A stretch of DNA of 64,000 nucleotides from contig NIVC01000493.1 of NCBI GenBank assembly GCA_002269645.1, positions 124,001 through 188,000 on the forward strand, read 5' to 3'. This DNA comes from Macrostomum lignano (taxonomy: Eukaryota). Position 1 is the stretch's first letter. The number at the start of each line of letters is the position of its first letter. A program made the position numbers and the translations under genes. Shown one piece after another: positions 38,977-49,742 of the stretch. The notes under the pieces were generated by a model. The model saw only the letters and a list, made by a program, of their open reading frames with translations, was not told where the DNA came from and made no database searches.

Positions 38977-39925
38977 TAGAGTGACTGAATGTCTGCAGAG
39001 TGACTGAATGTCTGCAGAGTGACTGAATGTCTGCAGAGTGACTGAATGTCTGCAGAGTGACTGAATGTCTGCAGAGTGACTGAATGTCTGCAGAGTGACT
39101 GAATGTCTGCAGAGTGACTGAATGTCTGCAGAGTGACTGAATGTCTACAGAGTGACTGAATGTCTACAGAGTGACTGAATGTCTGCAGAGTGACTGAATG
39201 TCTGCAGAGTGACTGAATGTCTACAGAGTGACTGAATGTCTGCAGAGTGACTGAATGTCTACAGAGTGACTGAATGTCTGCAGAGTGACTGAATGTCTGC
39301 AGAGTGACTGAATGTCTGCAGAGTGACTGAATGTCTGCAGAGTGACTGAATGTCTACAGAGTGACTGAATGTCTACAGAGTGACTGAATGTCTGCAGAGT
39401 GACTGAATGTCTGCAGAGTGACTGAATGTCTACAGAGTGACTGAATGTCTGCAGAGTGACTGAATGTCTGAAGAGTGACTGATGCATGCAGAGTGACTGA
39501 ATGTCTGCAGAGTGACTGAATGTCTGCAGAGTGACTGAATGTCTGCAGAGTGACTGAATGTCTGCAGAGTGACTGAATGTCTGCAGAGTGACTGAATGTC
39601 TACAGAGTGACTGAATGTCTGAAGAGTGACTGAATGTCTACAGAGTGACTGAATGTCTGAAGAGTGACTGAATGTCTACAGAGTGACTGAATGTCTGCAG
39701 AGTGACTGAATGTCTGCAGAGTGACTGAATGTCTACAGAGTGACTGAATGTCTGCAGAGTGACTGAATGTCTACAGAGTGACTGAATGTCTGAAGAGTGA
39801 CTGATGCATGCAGAGTGACTGAATGTCTGAAGAGTGACTGAATGTCTGCAGGGTGATTGAATGTCTGCAGAGTGACTGAATGTCTGCAGAGTGACTGAAT
39901 GTCTCCAGAGTGACTGAATGTCTTA
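38977..39925. repeat. 19-bp minisatellite
   Basis: gactgaatgtctgcagagt; period 19. Confidence 0.96.
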
Positions 39926-39989
39926 TAGAACAACTACACAAATGCGCCTTTAAGGATGACTGAGGTGACAAATTGGTTGAGTGATTTAC

Positions 39990-40338
39990 AGTATGAAGTG
40001 ACTGAGTGGTCTTTGACTCCCGCGACACAACCCCTGGTTCGATTCCGCGCGCAAACTGATTTGATTCATTTGCGGCTGGTGTGCACGAAAATTGGCCGGC
40101 CGGGGGGGGGGGTTGTCATGCAATTCACAACCCATGAGGGCCAACCCCGAAGGCACAGAGAGTGAACATGGCTGACGATTAGAAAGTCCAAGGGCCGCTG
40201 TACACCCTGCGTGAGCGTGTGTGAGTGCGTGCCTTCGGCGCGCTTGCATGTTTTCAGGAGTCAGCGGAATGGGCAGAATTGCCGTAAGCGCTGGCTGTGG
40301 GACGATGTCGCCGAAGGCCCGCAGGGTGCCCGCAGCCC
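39990..40338 (+). mobile_element. tRNA-derived SINE, copy 2 (upstream of GAS2L)
   Basis: A-box-like TGACTGAGTGG at 39999, perfect B box GGTTCGATTCC at 40036; body homologous to copy 1. Confidence 0.7.
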
Positions 40339-40527
40339 ACCTGCAAGTGCGAGTAGCATTTTTTTCTGAGTGGTCTTAGAGAGCACCCTGAAAGAGCGAT
40401 TGTCCTTCGCCCTTCAGGGTGTCAGAAATCTGTTCGCAGATCACTAAACTTCGCGGAACTGAGCTCAATAAATCCTGTCTCTATTTCATTGACGTTTCCC
40501 CCAGGCTGAATCCCAGCAGCGCCATCC

Positions 40528-41337
40528 ATGACGGCCAACTCGACGGAGCCGCTGCCACAACAGCCGCCGCCGCCGCAGCAGTCAAGCGTGCGTGGATTCA
40601 GCAGCGGCGAGGCCTTCCTACAGGCGATGATCGCCGACTTGGCCGACTGGCTCTCCTGCCTGCACGACTGCGACCTCCCCGGCGACGACCAGGAGGGCTT
40701 CCTGGCCGGCCTGGACTCCGGCGCGCTGCTGTGCCGCCACGCCGCCATGGTGCAGGCAGCCGCCGCTGACCAGCTCAGCTCCAGCGCTGCCGCCGCGTCA
40801 ACCCTGCTGCGACCGCTGCGCGCCGGGGCGCCGCCTCTCCGCCTGCCGCACGCGGCGCCACCGGTTCGGCCGCGCGCTCCGCCCGGCAGCTTCATGGCTC
40901 GCGACAGCATCGCCTGCTTTATCGCCTGGTGCCGCGCGCTCGGCCTGCACAACTGCGTCCTGTTCGAGACCGAGGACCTGGTTGGCAGGAAGAACCCACG
41001 CAGTGTGGTGCTGTGCCTGCTGGAGCTGGCCAGGGCCGGGGCTCGGTTCGGCCTGGAGGTGCCCGAGCTGGTGCACTTCGAGCAAGAGATCGAGGCCGAG
41101 CTGATGAAGAGCAGCCCGACCTGCTCAGACTCCGGCTTGGCCTCCCCCGCCAGCAACTCCCTGCAGTCGGTGCCGGAGCAGTCCGAGGAGCCGCGGTCGC
41201 CGGCGTCTGTCGAGGACGGTCCGACTGAGCAGCCGCCAGCCGCTGAGGCAACTCCGTCGGAGGCGGCGCCGGTCACGGAGCTTCAAAGACGACGTAACAG
41301 AAGATGGCAGTGCGACCTGAAATCGCTGGACGAGCTG
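40528..41337 (+). CDS. GAS2L: GAS2-like protein exon 1 (calponin-homology domain)
   Basis: ADLADWL...LDSGALLC...FMARDSIACFIAWCRALG...LFETEDLVGRKNPRSVVLCLLELAR is a GAS2-family CH domain. CTG|gtgaga donor after LKSLDEL. Confidence 0.92.
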
Positions 41338-41863
41338 GTGAGACCGGCTTCGGGGATTCTGCCTGGGTTGGGGAGGCTCATGGATGATTGATGACTGTTT
41401 CTGAGCATAGACAAGCGCTTCTTAGTAGGCTAGATTAGCAATCCATTCCATTCCTGTATCTGTGGTGTCGGCTAGATTAGCAATCCATTAATTTTTTTCC
41501 CAGGATAACTATTCAAAGTCCGATGATCCCATTGATCAAATCGTCAATATTCTGCAGTCGAGTTTATACCAAATATTTTTAAATTGCCCCGCACTTCCGG
41601 ACTGAAGTCAGACTGACGCTTAGAATTCAGCATGCAGTCAGCAGATGATCCTTACATATACTGATACTAATGCCGAATTTCCCTGGTTGAACTTTCTAAA
41701 ATTTGACCCTGGAAGCAGCAGTTTTAAACTTTGGTTGGATTACAGTTAGACTAGGCAGGCTGTATCGGTTGTAACTGACGTACCCCCAAGGTGAAACCTA
41801 TACAGCGTCCTTGTTAAAGCAGCGTAGCCAATGTTCCTGTAGAATCGCCATCCTCCTCCGCAG

Positions 41864-41971
41864 GTTCGCGAGCTGGTCAGCGAGTGCGGCTGCGAGGAAA
41901 AGTTCCCCATGAAACGGCTGGACGAGGGCAAGTACCTGTTCGGCGACTCGCAGATGCTCATCTTTGTTCGG
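41864..41971 (+). CDS. GAS2L: GAS2-like exon 2 (GAR/Gas2 domain, first half)
   Basis: ccgcag acceptor, gtaaat donor, 36 codons: VRELVSECGCEEKFPMKRLDEGKYLFGDSQMLIFVR. Confidence 0.92.
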
Positions 41972-42245
41972 GTAAATGCTCTCTGCTTCTTTTCCAAAGA
42001 GCGGAAACGTTAGTTTTAGGGCCGGTTTCGTTTGTCAAACTCAAAAACCCTTCGATACTTTGACTTACTGGGCTACTTGGATGCACTACAATTATTGAAA
42101 GGACCTCACCTGGGGACGCACACGTTCGAACTTCTATCTAAAGATCAGTGCACTATAAGAGATTCGCTCTACATTCTTTCCTTACTACTCTTCAGTAGGT
42201 ACGATCTCCTCTAACTGCAACTCCCAACCTAATTCACGCGCTCAG

Positions 42246-42965
42246 GTGTTGCGCAATCACGTGATGGTCCGTGTAGGCGGCGGCTGGGACTCGCTGGAGC
42301 ACCTGCTGCTCAAGCACGACCCCTGCCGGAGGGAGGCGGCCGCTGCGACCTCCGCGACTTCCTCTGACGCCGCCGCGGGCTGCCTTCGCTCCGGGGTGCC
42401 AGTCGGCCACCGGGAGGAGCGCGAGCGCCGCAGGCGGCTCCTCACCCAATCACCGGCAGCGACCGCCGGCGTCAAGGACGACAATGACTCGAGAGACTCT
42501 GCTGCGACCGCCGCTGCTATCGACCGTCCAGACGGCGACCGTCAGCGGCAGCAGCAGCGGAGGAAGATGAGCGCGCCAACTTTGTCAATGACGGAGGTGG
42601 CGAGCGCGGCCGCGGCTGCGGCTGCGGCGGTAGCGAAGGCGGAGGGGCAGAAAAAGTCGGCGCGAGGCGGCGTCGAGCGGCAGGACCTCGCCGACCTTCG
42701 AGACCTTCGGCCGCTCAGCCGGACTCAGCAGCCGACTCCTTCGCCGACGCCTCCGTCGAAGAGGAAGACCCAGACCACGCAGTCGCCTTTGCCCAGCCGC
42801 GGTGGGCGACGCGCGTCGCTGCAGTCGACGTCGTTGTCGGCGGCCAGCTTCGGTGGCGCGTCGCGCATTCCTGTGCCGGTGAACCCGACGGCGCCGCGCC
42901 CGCCTCCACTGCTGCTGGCGTCAAAACGGCAGGAGCTGCAGGCCAGCGCGGGCTCCCTGGAGTGA
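42246..42965 (+). CDS. GAS2L: GAS2-like exon 3 (GAR second half and disordered tail with SxIP motif); full protein about 545 aa
   Basis: ctcag acceptor. [28 protein letters not shown] is the GAR signature. SRIP at 42861-42872; TGA ends at 42965. Confidence 0.92.
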   Translation: MLRNHVMVRVGGGWDSLEHLLLKHDPCRREAAAATSATSSDAAAGCLRSGVPVGHREERERRRRLLTQSPAATAGVKDDNDSRDSAATAAAIDRPDGDRQRQQQRRKMSAPTLSMTEVASAAAAAAAAVAKAEGQKKSARGGVERQDLADLRDLRPLSRTQQPTPSPTPPSKRKTQTTQSPLPSRGGRRASLQSTSLSAASFGGASRIPVPVNPTAPRPPPLLLASKRQELQASAGSLE

Positions 42966-43329
42966 AACTGGCAGTTCCCCCCACCCGTTCCACACACAGC
43001 CTTTGGCCGCGTTGAACCACAAAATGCGTTCTTTCTTTCCACTGCTCTACCACTACTCTACTGTTGAAGACTGTTCGAGCCTGTTTGGTTCGTTTCTAGC
43101 CGCAGATTTCGCGTGTTAACAAAAACACTTGGCGCCGTTGATGCGTGACTTTGCCAGGCAACTACAGTATATTCCACTTTGCTGACCTGTTGTCATTTTG
43201 AGTATATTTTACTATACGAGCGTATGTACACAATTTTTGCCTCCATTGCTCCACCTTGCCAGCGTTTGAACAGTCTGTGTCTTTCTATTATGCTCCAAAT
43301 GATCTGTTTGGCTAGTTCATGTACATACC

Positions 43330-43481
43330 TGTCTGTCTCTCTGCCTGCTTGTCTTAGTGTCTGTCTGTGTGTCTGTCTGTCTTAGTGTCTGTCTGTCTGT
43401 CTGTCTGCCTGCTTGTCTTAGTGTCTGTCTGTCTATCTGTGTGTCTGTCTGTCTTAGTGTCTGTCTGCCTGCTTGTCTTAG

Positions 43482-43514
<33 letters not shown>

Positions 43515-43533
43515 TAGTGTCTGTCTGTCTGTT
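43330..43533. repeat. (TCTG)n microsatellite with tcttagtg interruptions
   Basis: Same family as 1512-1792. Confidence 0.95.
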
Positions 43534-44403
43534 TCTCGAAATTCACAAGTTTCCCATTCAATATATCTCTTTGCTCGCCCATATATTTTTCTTTCCACCA
43601 GTTTAGAACTGGCCCTAGAAGCAGTGCTGGCTATACACGTGTTGACATACAAATCTCTTATTTTCGCTTATTTCCAATAATTAATATATATTGCTTTTAG
43701 AAGTTCAAGCACGTTTTAAAATATACGTTACATGAGTAGTACAGACTGCATGCACTTTAATCGATGAAATTGATCCATCAGTTAGGAGTTAAGCATTTGC
43801 AAAGAACTTTAAGGCTTAAAATTATACGTATATTTTGTTTGATTCTTAAAACAAATACACGACTGACGCGAATATTATTCACAGCACAGATCGTGTCACA
43901 GCAGGGAAGATCGCAAACACCGGCGGGCATTCGGCGAGAGTAGGCCGACACCCTGGGGCGACCTCGTCCCTTTCAAAAACTGGCTTTCCGACAATCACTG
44001 GAATGCCGGTGGTCTGCTGTTTCCAGCATACCGTTATTTTCCTTACTCATTAGATTAAGGCATAAGAACTTTTTGGGAAGGTTTAGCTCGTATTAAAAGT
44101 AGACCAACGAATTTCTGAATAGAAAATTCGTTTTCGTAAGAAAGTTATAATTGAATAGTTTTTCAAAATTTAAGAACTCAAAACAAAACAAAGAAGTTCG
44201 TTTTCCGATTCTACTATTTACGAATCGATTTTGTAAGACTTACCGGTTATTTCATAAGCGAATTGTCTTTTAGGAGGACATCAAAATATTAATGTAAAGG
44301 ATCTTACTAAACATGCATTTTACCTACTAACAGTAGTCTAATGTATCAAACAGGCTTATTTGCGAGTAACAAAACAGCTTTTTAAGATCGTATCAAAACC
44401 ACT

Positions 44404-44915
44404 GGGGATTGTGAAGCTTGGGCATTGTGAAGCTTGGGGATTGTGAAGCTTGAGGATTGTGAAACTTGAGGATTGTGAAGCTTGAGGATTGTGAAACTTG
44501 AGGATTGTGAAGCTTGAGGATTGTGAAACTTGAGGATTGTGAAGCTTGAGGATTGTGAAACTTGAGGATTGTGCAGCTTGAAGATTGTGAAGCTTGGGGA
44601 TTGTGAAGCTTGGGGAATGTGAAGCTTGGGGATTGTGAAGCTTGGGCATTGTGAAGCTTGGGCATTGTGAAGCTTGGGGATTGTGAAGCTTGGGGATTGT
44701 GAAGCTTGGGGAATGTGAAGCTTGGGGATTGTGAAGCTTGGGCATTGTGAAGCTTGGGCATTGTGAAGCTTGGGGATTGTGAAGCTTGGGGATTGTGAAG
44801 CTTGGGCATTGTGAAGCTTGGGGAATGTGAAGCTTGGGGATTGTGAAGCTTGGGCATTGTGAAGCTTGGGGATTGTGAAGCTTGGGGAATGTGAAGCTTG
44901 GGTAATGTGAAAGGA
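44404..44915. repeat. 16-bp minisatellite
   Basis: ggggattgtgaagctt; reverse complement of the left-end units of 4180-5057. Confidence 0.95.
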
Positions 44916-45739
44916 TTGTAAATTTCGAAGTTTATGACATGACCTTATAAAAAAGTTGGAAAAAAGAAACAAATAACGATATTTGAAGCCAAAATTTGTA
45001 TCTGCAACTCCACTACGAGTCCACAGTAATGAAAATTTGCTTTGGAGGCGTCCACCGGAGACAGATGCTGTATCATCCAACAGGCAAATTTTTGTTAAAT
45101 CGAGCGAAACTAGCTCAAAATTAGCTAAGCTAGTAATTTTTTCGGATCAATTTGGCTCAATGCCAGGCGTAAAACCAAAAGAAGTTTGTCTTCCGCCCAC
45201 GCACCGCGGTGAAAGAGGGACCAAGAAAAGTGGGAAACCCCCCTACTAGCACATCTCTTGTATTCATTCACGGAAATCTCGGAAATTCTCTCCTCCCCTC
45301 AGCCCCACTTTTAAGGTCGAAATCATGGCTATTGCCTATTAGTGTACCGCAGCAAATGGATGGGCGTACTTGCCAGCCTCGACTTGGAAATGGAAGGCCT
45401 AGGGGGGTGTGTCATGCAGCAGAGGAGGGGAGAGGGGAGGCGAGAGGAGGAGGGGGAGGCCGCCGGGTGACTCATGCCATAACACTACTTCATAGCGTGC
45501 ACGCCCGTTATCGCTTTGCACGCTCCCCCCCCCCCACGAAAGGACGACCCCCTGGCCTAGAATGCTTGTCCCAACTCGCGGAAGCCTCAATCCAAGCATC
45601 TGGTTGGGAAACTGAGCCAATGAAATTTACCCATTATATGCTTAACAACAAGTTAATTGCAATTTTAGAATTTATTCATTTACGAGCATGTTTTTGGTAA
45701 ATTTCGATAAGTCAGTCCACCATAATTAACTGCAGCAAT

Positions 45740-46100
45740 CTGACTGCCAGTGAGATTTGACTGCCAGTGAGATTTGACTGCCAGTGAGATTTGACTTCCA
45801 GTGAGATTTGACTGCCAGTGAGATTTGACTGCCAGTGAGATTTGACTGCCAGTGAGATTTGACTGCCAGTGAGATTTGACTGCCAGTGAGATTTGTCTGC
45901 TAAAGAGATTTGACTGCCAGTGAGATTTGACTGCCAGTGAGATTTGACTGCCAGTGAGATTTGACTGCTAAAGAGATTTGACTGCTAAAGAGATTTGACT
46001 GCCAGTGAGATTTGACTGCCAGTGAGATTTGACTGCCAGTGAGATTTGACTGCCAGTGAGATTTGACTGCTAATGAGATTTCACTGTCAGTGAGATTTGA
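45740..46100. repeat. 17-bp minisatellite
   Basis: gactgccagtgagattt. Confidence 0.95.
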
Positions 46101-47326
46101 CATCTCAAAGGGAGATTTGATAGCCAAACCGAAACCTTACTCCAACCTGATCCCTTACTCTAACCCTAATCTAAAATGTGGCAGTCAAATGACACTATCC
46201 CTCGATAAGTGTGTAAACATTGCATTTCAAAATCTGCCAATGGCTTGATTGGCAAAGAAATAAGTCTTTTCTGGACTTGACACCGGTTTGGTTAGGCTTT
46301 CTCGAAAAGTTGAAGACTGTCAAATCTTCTGATCTCTACTTTATTGCAACTTCAAAACTGAGTCAGCCTTACTTTAACTAATCAGATGCCCGGCAGTTGA
46401 AAGAATTGTGAAGCATGCGCCTATTTCTGGCCAAATTTTTGTCAGCTTGGGGGGTCCTGACGCTCCAGACTCTCTCTTCAGTAATCCCCGGCTCCCCCAC
46501 CCCCATGCGGATTTTCCCTCGTCAGAGAGCTACATTTTTGGCACAATTCCAATTTCGGCAATTTTTACGCAGCGCAACTCTCGACGCTCTCTCGCTCAGA
46601 TGAGATGCGACACTGACTGTTGAGTAGTTATGAATAGGACAATCGACTCTAGTCAGGTTATTTAGCAGATGAAGAGGCGCAACAGGAGGCTGAGGCCTGT
46701 CAGAATCCAAGCAAAGCTGCTCATTCGCTTTGAGTTTGCTCAGTAAAAACTGGCAGCATGCCAAAAATTGATGCGCACAGTCTAGGAAATCGGCTCTCGG
46801 GGATTAGGGGGAGCCGGGATGAACCCGAAGTAGATTTCAGCTTGATAGCAACTGACTTGATAGTATTGTGATTTCAAAACACAGATATTATGATGCCACA
46901 AGATAGTCGACTTTACACTCGGTGTTGTTCGGTCGGCAATGTCGGTGGTCGACCAGAAGATCCAGGTGTGGCGCAGAGGGGCAGCGGTTGGAGTCGCAGG
47001 GCTCTGGAGTCCCCCGATTGGGTCGAACGCTGGTTGGAGAGCGGCAGGCGCCACCAATTCAGAACGGCGAGCGGCTGACAAATAAAGGAGAGCCGCCGAC
47101 CGCGGTTGAACCGAGCGTGTTTACCTTGTGCGCCTTCTATAGTTGAATTAGCATTTTTGGCACGCTTCCAAAAAAAGTTGTCACCCTGACTGCGCTAAAT
47201 TTCTGTTGGAGGAAGCATTCGGAGCATTCGGCCGCGGTCTCAGTTGAGCAGCTGCTTAGCGGTATTTCATCGAGCTCAGGGGTGTTTGCAGTTTCAGATT
47301 GTCAGCTGCGAGGCGGCAAGGCGTCC

Positions 47327-47339
47327 ATGACCTCTGACG
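47327..47339 (+). CDS. lin-28: Lin-28 probable first coding exon (MTSD-G)
   Basis: ATG then G|gtgagt donor; phase 1 matches the acceptor at 47628. Very short, so less certain. Confidence 0.6.
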
Positions 47340-47627
47340 GTGAGTGCCGAATCCGCTCTGTGAATCTCACTTTGCTAGAGTGAATCTCTTTGAGTCAAGT
47401 ATGTGATATGGCAAGCAGGTACTGCTACCTAATCTATAATTGTGGCTCAATGAAATCTCATTATTTGACACCACATGGCAAGGAAACCAAACACTCCCCA
47501 GTCCTGACAGTTATCGCTGTCCAGAGGGTGCAATCAGGAATATGCCGATATGTTGTGTCAATAATTTCTTATTAGTGATCCCACAATGAATATGTGACTG
47601 GGACTGTGAAACCGTGCGTAATTTCAG

Positions 47628-47773
47628 GGCAGCATCCGTGCGGTTCGAACGCTCCCGGGCCGTCCAGCAGCTGCGTGGACCGCCGACTCGGCCGGGTGAA
47701 GTGGTTCAACGTCATCAAGGGCTTCGGTTTCATCACGCCGGACGATGGCGGACCGGAAGTCTTTGTGCACCAG
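47628..47773 (+). CDS. lin-28: Lin-28 exon (cold-shock domain, N-half)
   Basis: atttcag acceptor, gtaagg donor. [28 protein letters not shown] contains CSD RNP1 and RNP2. Confidence 0.93.
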
Positions 47774-47878
47774 GTAAGGTGGTGTCGTCAGATGTACCAA
47801 TTTTATTCTGCGGCTATTGTAGGAGAGTGAACCAAAGCAAATGGGCAAGGCTCTGGAGTTTGCCAGCCAAACTTTCTT

Positions 47879-47950
47879 TGGTCAAGCCGGGAATCGAACG
47901 CGGGTCCTCCTGGACAATAAGAATCCTGATCTCGTACAATGGGAATCGTA
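47879..47950 (-). pseudogene. tRNA-like fragment in a lin-28 intron
   Basis: Minus strand ...gacccgcgTTCGATTcccggcttgaCCA: a T-arm/B-box with one stem mismatch and a terminal CCA. The 5' half does not fold convincingly. Confidence 0.3.
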
Positions 47951-48020
47951 GCAAAGTGGATATCGCATCGTTAACTGGTACTTATGACTGTGTGCAAGTG
48001 TCTGCATTGATAAATTCCAG

Positions 48021-48190
48021 TCAGTCCTGCAGATGCCGGGATTTCGTAGCCTTGGCGATGGCGAACGGGTGGAATTCGAGTCCAGGACGACGTATAAAGG
48101 CGAAGAAGCAACGCTCGTCTGCGGCCCTAACGGTGTCGACTGTGTTGGCAGCCAGCGACGCCCGGCTGGGCGCAAGAAGCGGCGAATGCG
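48021..48190 (+). CDS. lin-28: Lin-28 exon (cold-shock domain C-half and basic linker)
   Basis: ttccag acceptor, gtgag donor. SVLQMPGFRSLGDGERVEF...VCGPNGVDCVGSQRRP matches Lin-28 GFRSL...GPGG..C.GS.RRP. Confidence 0.93.
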
Positions 48191-48423
48191 GTGAGCTTTA
48201 TAGAGAGCGAATTACACATTTTGCCGATATGTATCGAAATAAACTTTCGTAAGGAGACTTCTTATATTAAAATAATTCAAAGGGACTAAATTTAGTAAGC
48301 AGTGGGGCTTCGGGCACTGCCCGCAAATAGAAGCAACAGTCCACTGCAATTTGACGATTGACGATTTGTGACGCTTTTGTCAACAAAGTGTAATGCAATA
48401 TTTACAAACATCATGTCTCCCAG

Positions 48424-48571
48424 GTGCTACAACTGCGGCCAGTTCTCGGATCACATGGCGGCGGATTGTCCTTCGGGCCCGCTGCCGAAGTCCTGCTATC
48501 AGTGCCGCTCCATGGGCCACTTGGTGTCCGACTGTCCGCTGATGAAGCAGCAGCAGCAGCCGCAGCAGTAG
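48424..48571 (+). CDS. lin-28: Lin-28 terminal exon (two CCHC zinc knuckles); full protein about 158 aa
   Basis: ctcccag acceptor. RCYNCGQFSDHMAADC...CYQCRSMGHLVSDC. A CSD plus two CCHC knuckles is diagnostic of Lin-28. Confidence 0.95.
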
Positions 48572-48711
48572 AATTGAATTTGTAGTTCTTTAAAAAGATG
48601 AGCCAATCGATCTTTAATAGGTTTAGGTGGAAAATTCAGATTCAGGGCCAGTTTTTTGTTATAATTTTACTCTTAGCGTTACGCGAAAGCATTTGGGTGT
48701 CACGTCACCTC

Positions 48712-49742
48712 AATGATTGAAGTCACGTGATTAGCTGGACTAGGGTCAGACAACTTCACTGATTGAAGTCACGTGATTAGCTGGACTAGGGTCAGACAAC
48801 TTCACTGATTGAAGTCACGTGATTAGCTGGACTAGGGTTAGATGACTTTAATAATTGAAGTCACGTGATTAGCTGAACTAGGGTCAGATAACTTCGACGA
48901 TTGAAGTCACGTGATTAGCTGAACTAGGGTCAGATAATTTCGACGATTGAAGTCACGTGATTAGCTGGACTAGGGTTAGATAACTTCGACGATTGAAGTC
49001 ACGTGATTAGCTGAACTAGGGTCAGATAATTTCGACGATTGAAGTCACGTGATTAGCTGGACTAGGGGTAGACAACTTCACTGATTGAAATTACGTGATT
49101 AGCTGGACTAGGGTTAGACAATTTCAATGATTGAAGTCACGTGATTAGCTGGACTAGGGTTAGACAATTTCAATGATTGAAGTCACGTGATTAGCTGAAC
49201 TAGGGTTAGATGACTTCAATGATTGAAGTCACGTGATTAGCTGGACTAGGGTTAGATGACTTCAATGATTGAAGTCACGTGATTAGCTGGACTAGGGTTA
49301 GATGACTTCAATGATTGAAGTCACGTGATTAGCTGGACTAGGGTTAGATGACTTCAATGATTGAAGTCACGTGATTAGCTGGACTAGGGTTAGACAATTT
49401 CAATGATTGAAGTCACGTGATTAGCTGGACTAGGGTTAGATGACTTCAATGATTGAAGTCACGTGATTAGCTGGACTAGGGTTAGACAATTTCAATGATT
49501 GAAGTCACGTGATTAGCTGGACTAGGGTTAGATGACTTCAATGATTGAAGTCACGTGATTAGCTGGACTAGGGTTAGATGACTTCAATGATTGAAGTCAC
49601 GTGATTAGCTGGACTAGGGTTAGACAATTTCAATGATTGAAGTCACGTGATTAGCTGGACTAGGGTTAGATGACTTCAATGATTGAAGTCACGTGATTAG
49701 CTGGACTAGGGTTAGATGACTGCACTGACTAGAGTCACGTGA
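48712..49742. repeat. 46-bp minisatellite, about 22 copies, carrying a TCACGTGA E-box in nearly every unit
   Basis: gattgaagtcacgtgattagctggactagggttagatgacttcaat. Confidence 0.96.

Noticed and set aside
40172-40185. Hammerhead-ribozyme core CTGACGA-TTA-GAAA (and CTGATGA-TTA-GAAA at 56772-56785) in the SINE
   Set aside because: No stem II, and no stems I/III with a valid NUH site in any permutation I tried. The third copy reads CTAACGA-TAA-ATAA. An Infernal search on a family consensus would settle it.
46940-46990. Minus-strand PLRHTWIFW resembling the eIF4E N-terminal motif
   Set aside because: No further eIF4E exons found to the left and no credible start or splice context.
48425-48470. 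Non-canonical CX2CX5HX4C first knuckle in Lin-28
   Set aside because: The five-residue spacer also occurs in fly and nematode Lin-28, so it is not unusual.
48572-48712. let-7 / miR-125 (lin-4) sites in the lin-28 3'UTR
   Set aside because: Only a 6-mer TCAGGG at 48642 and a mismatched CACCTC were seen; too weak to call.
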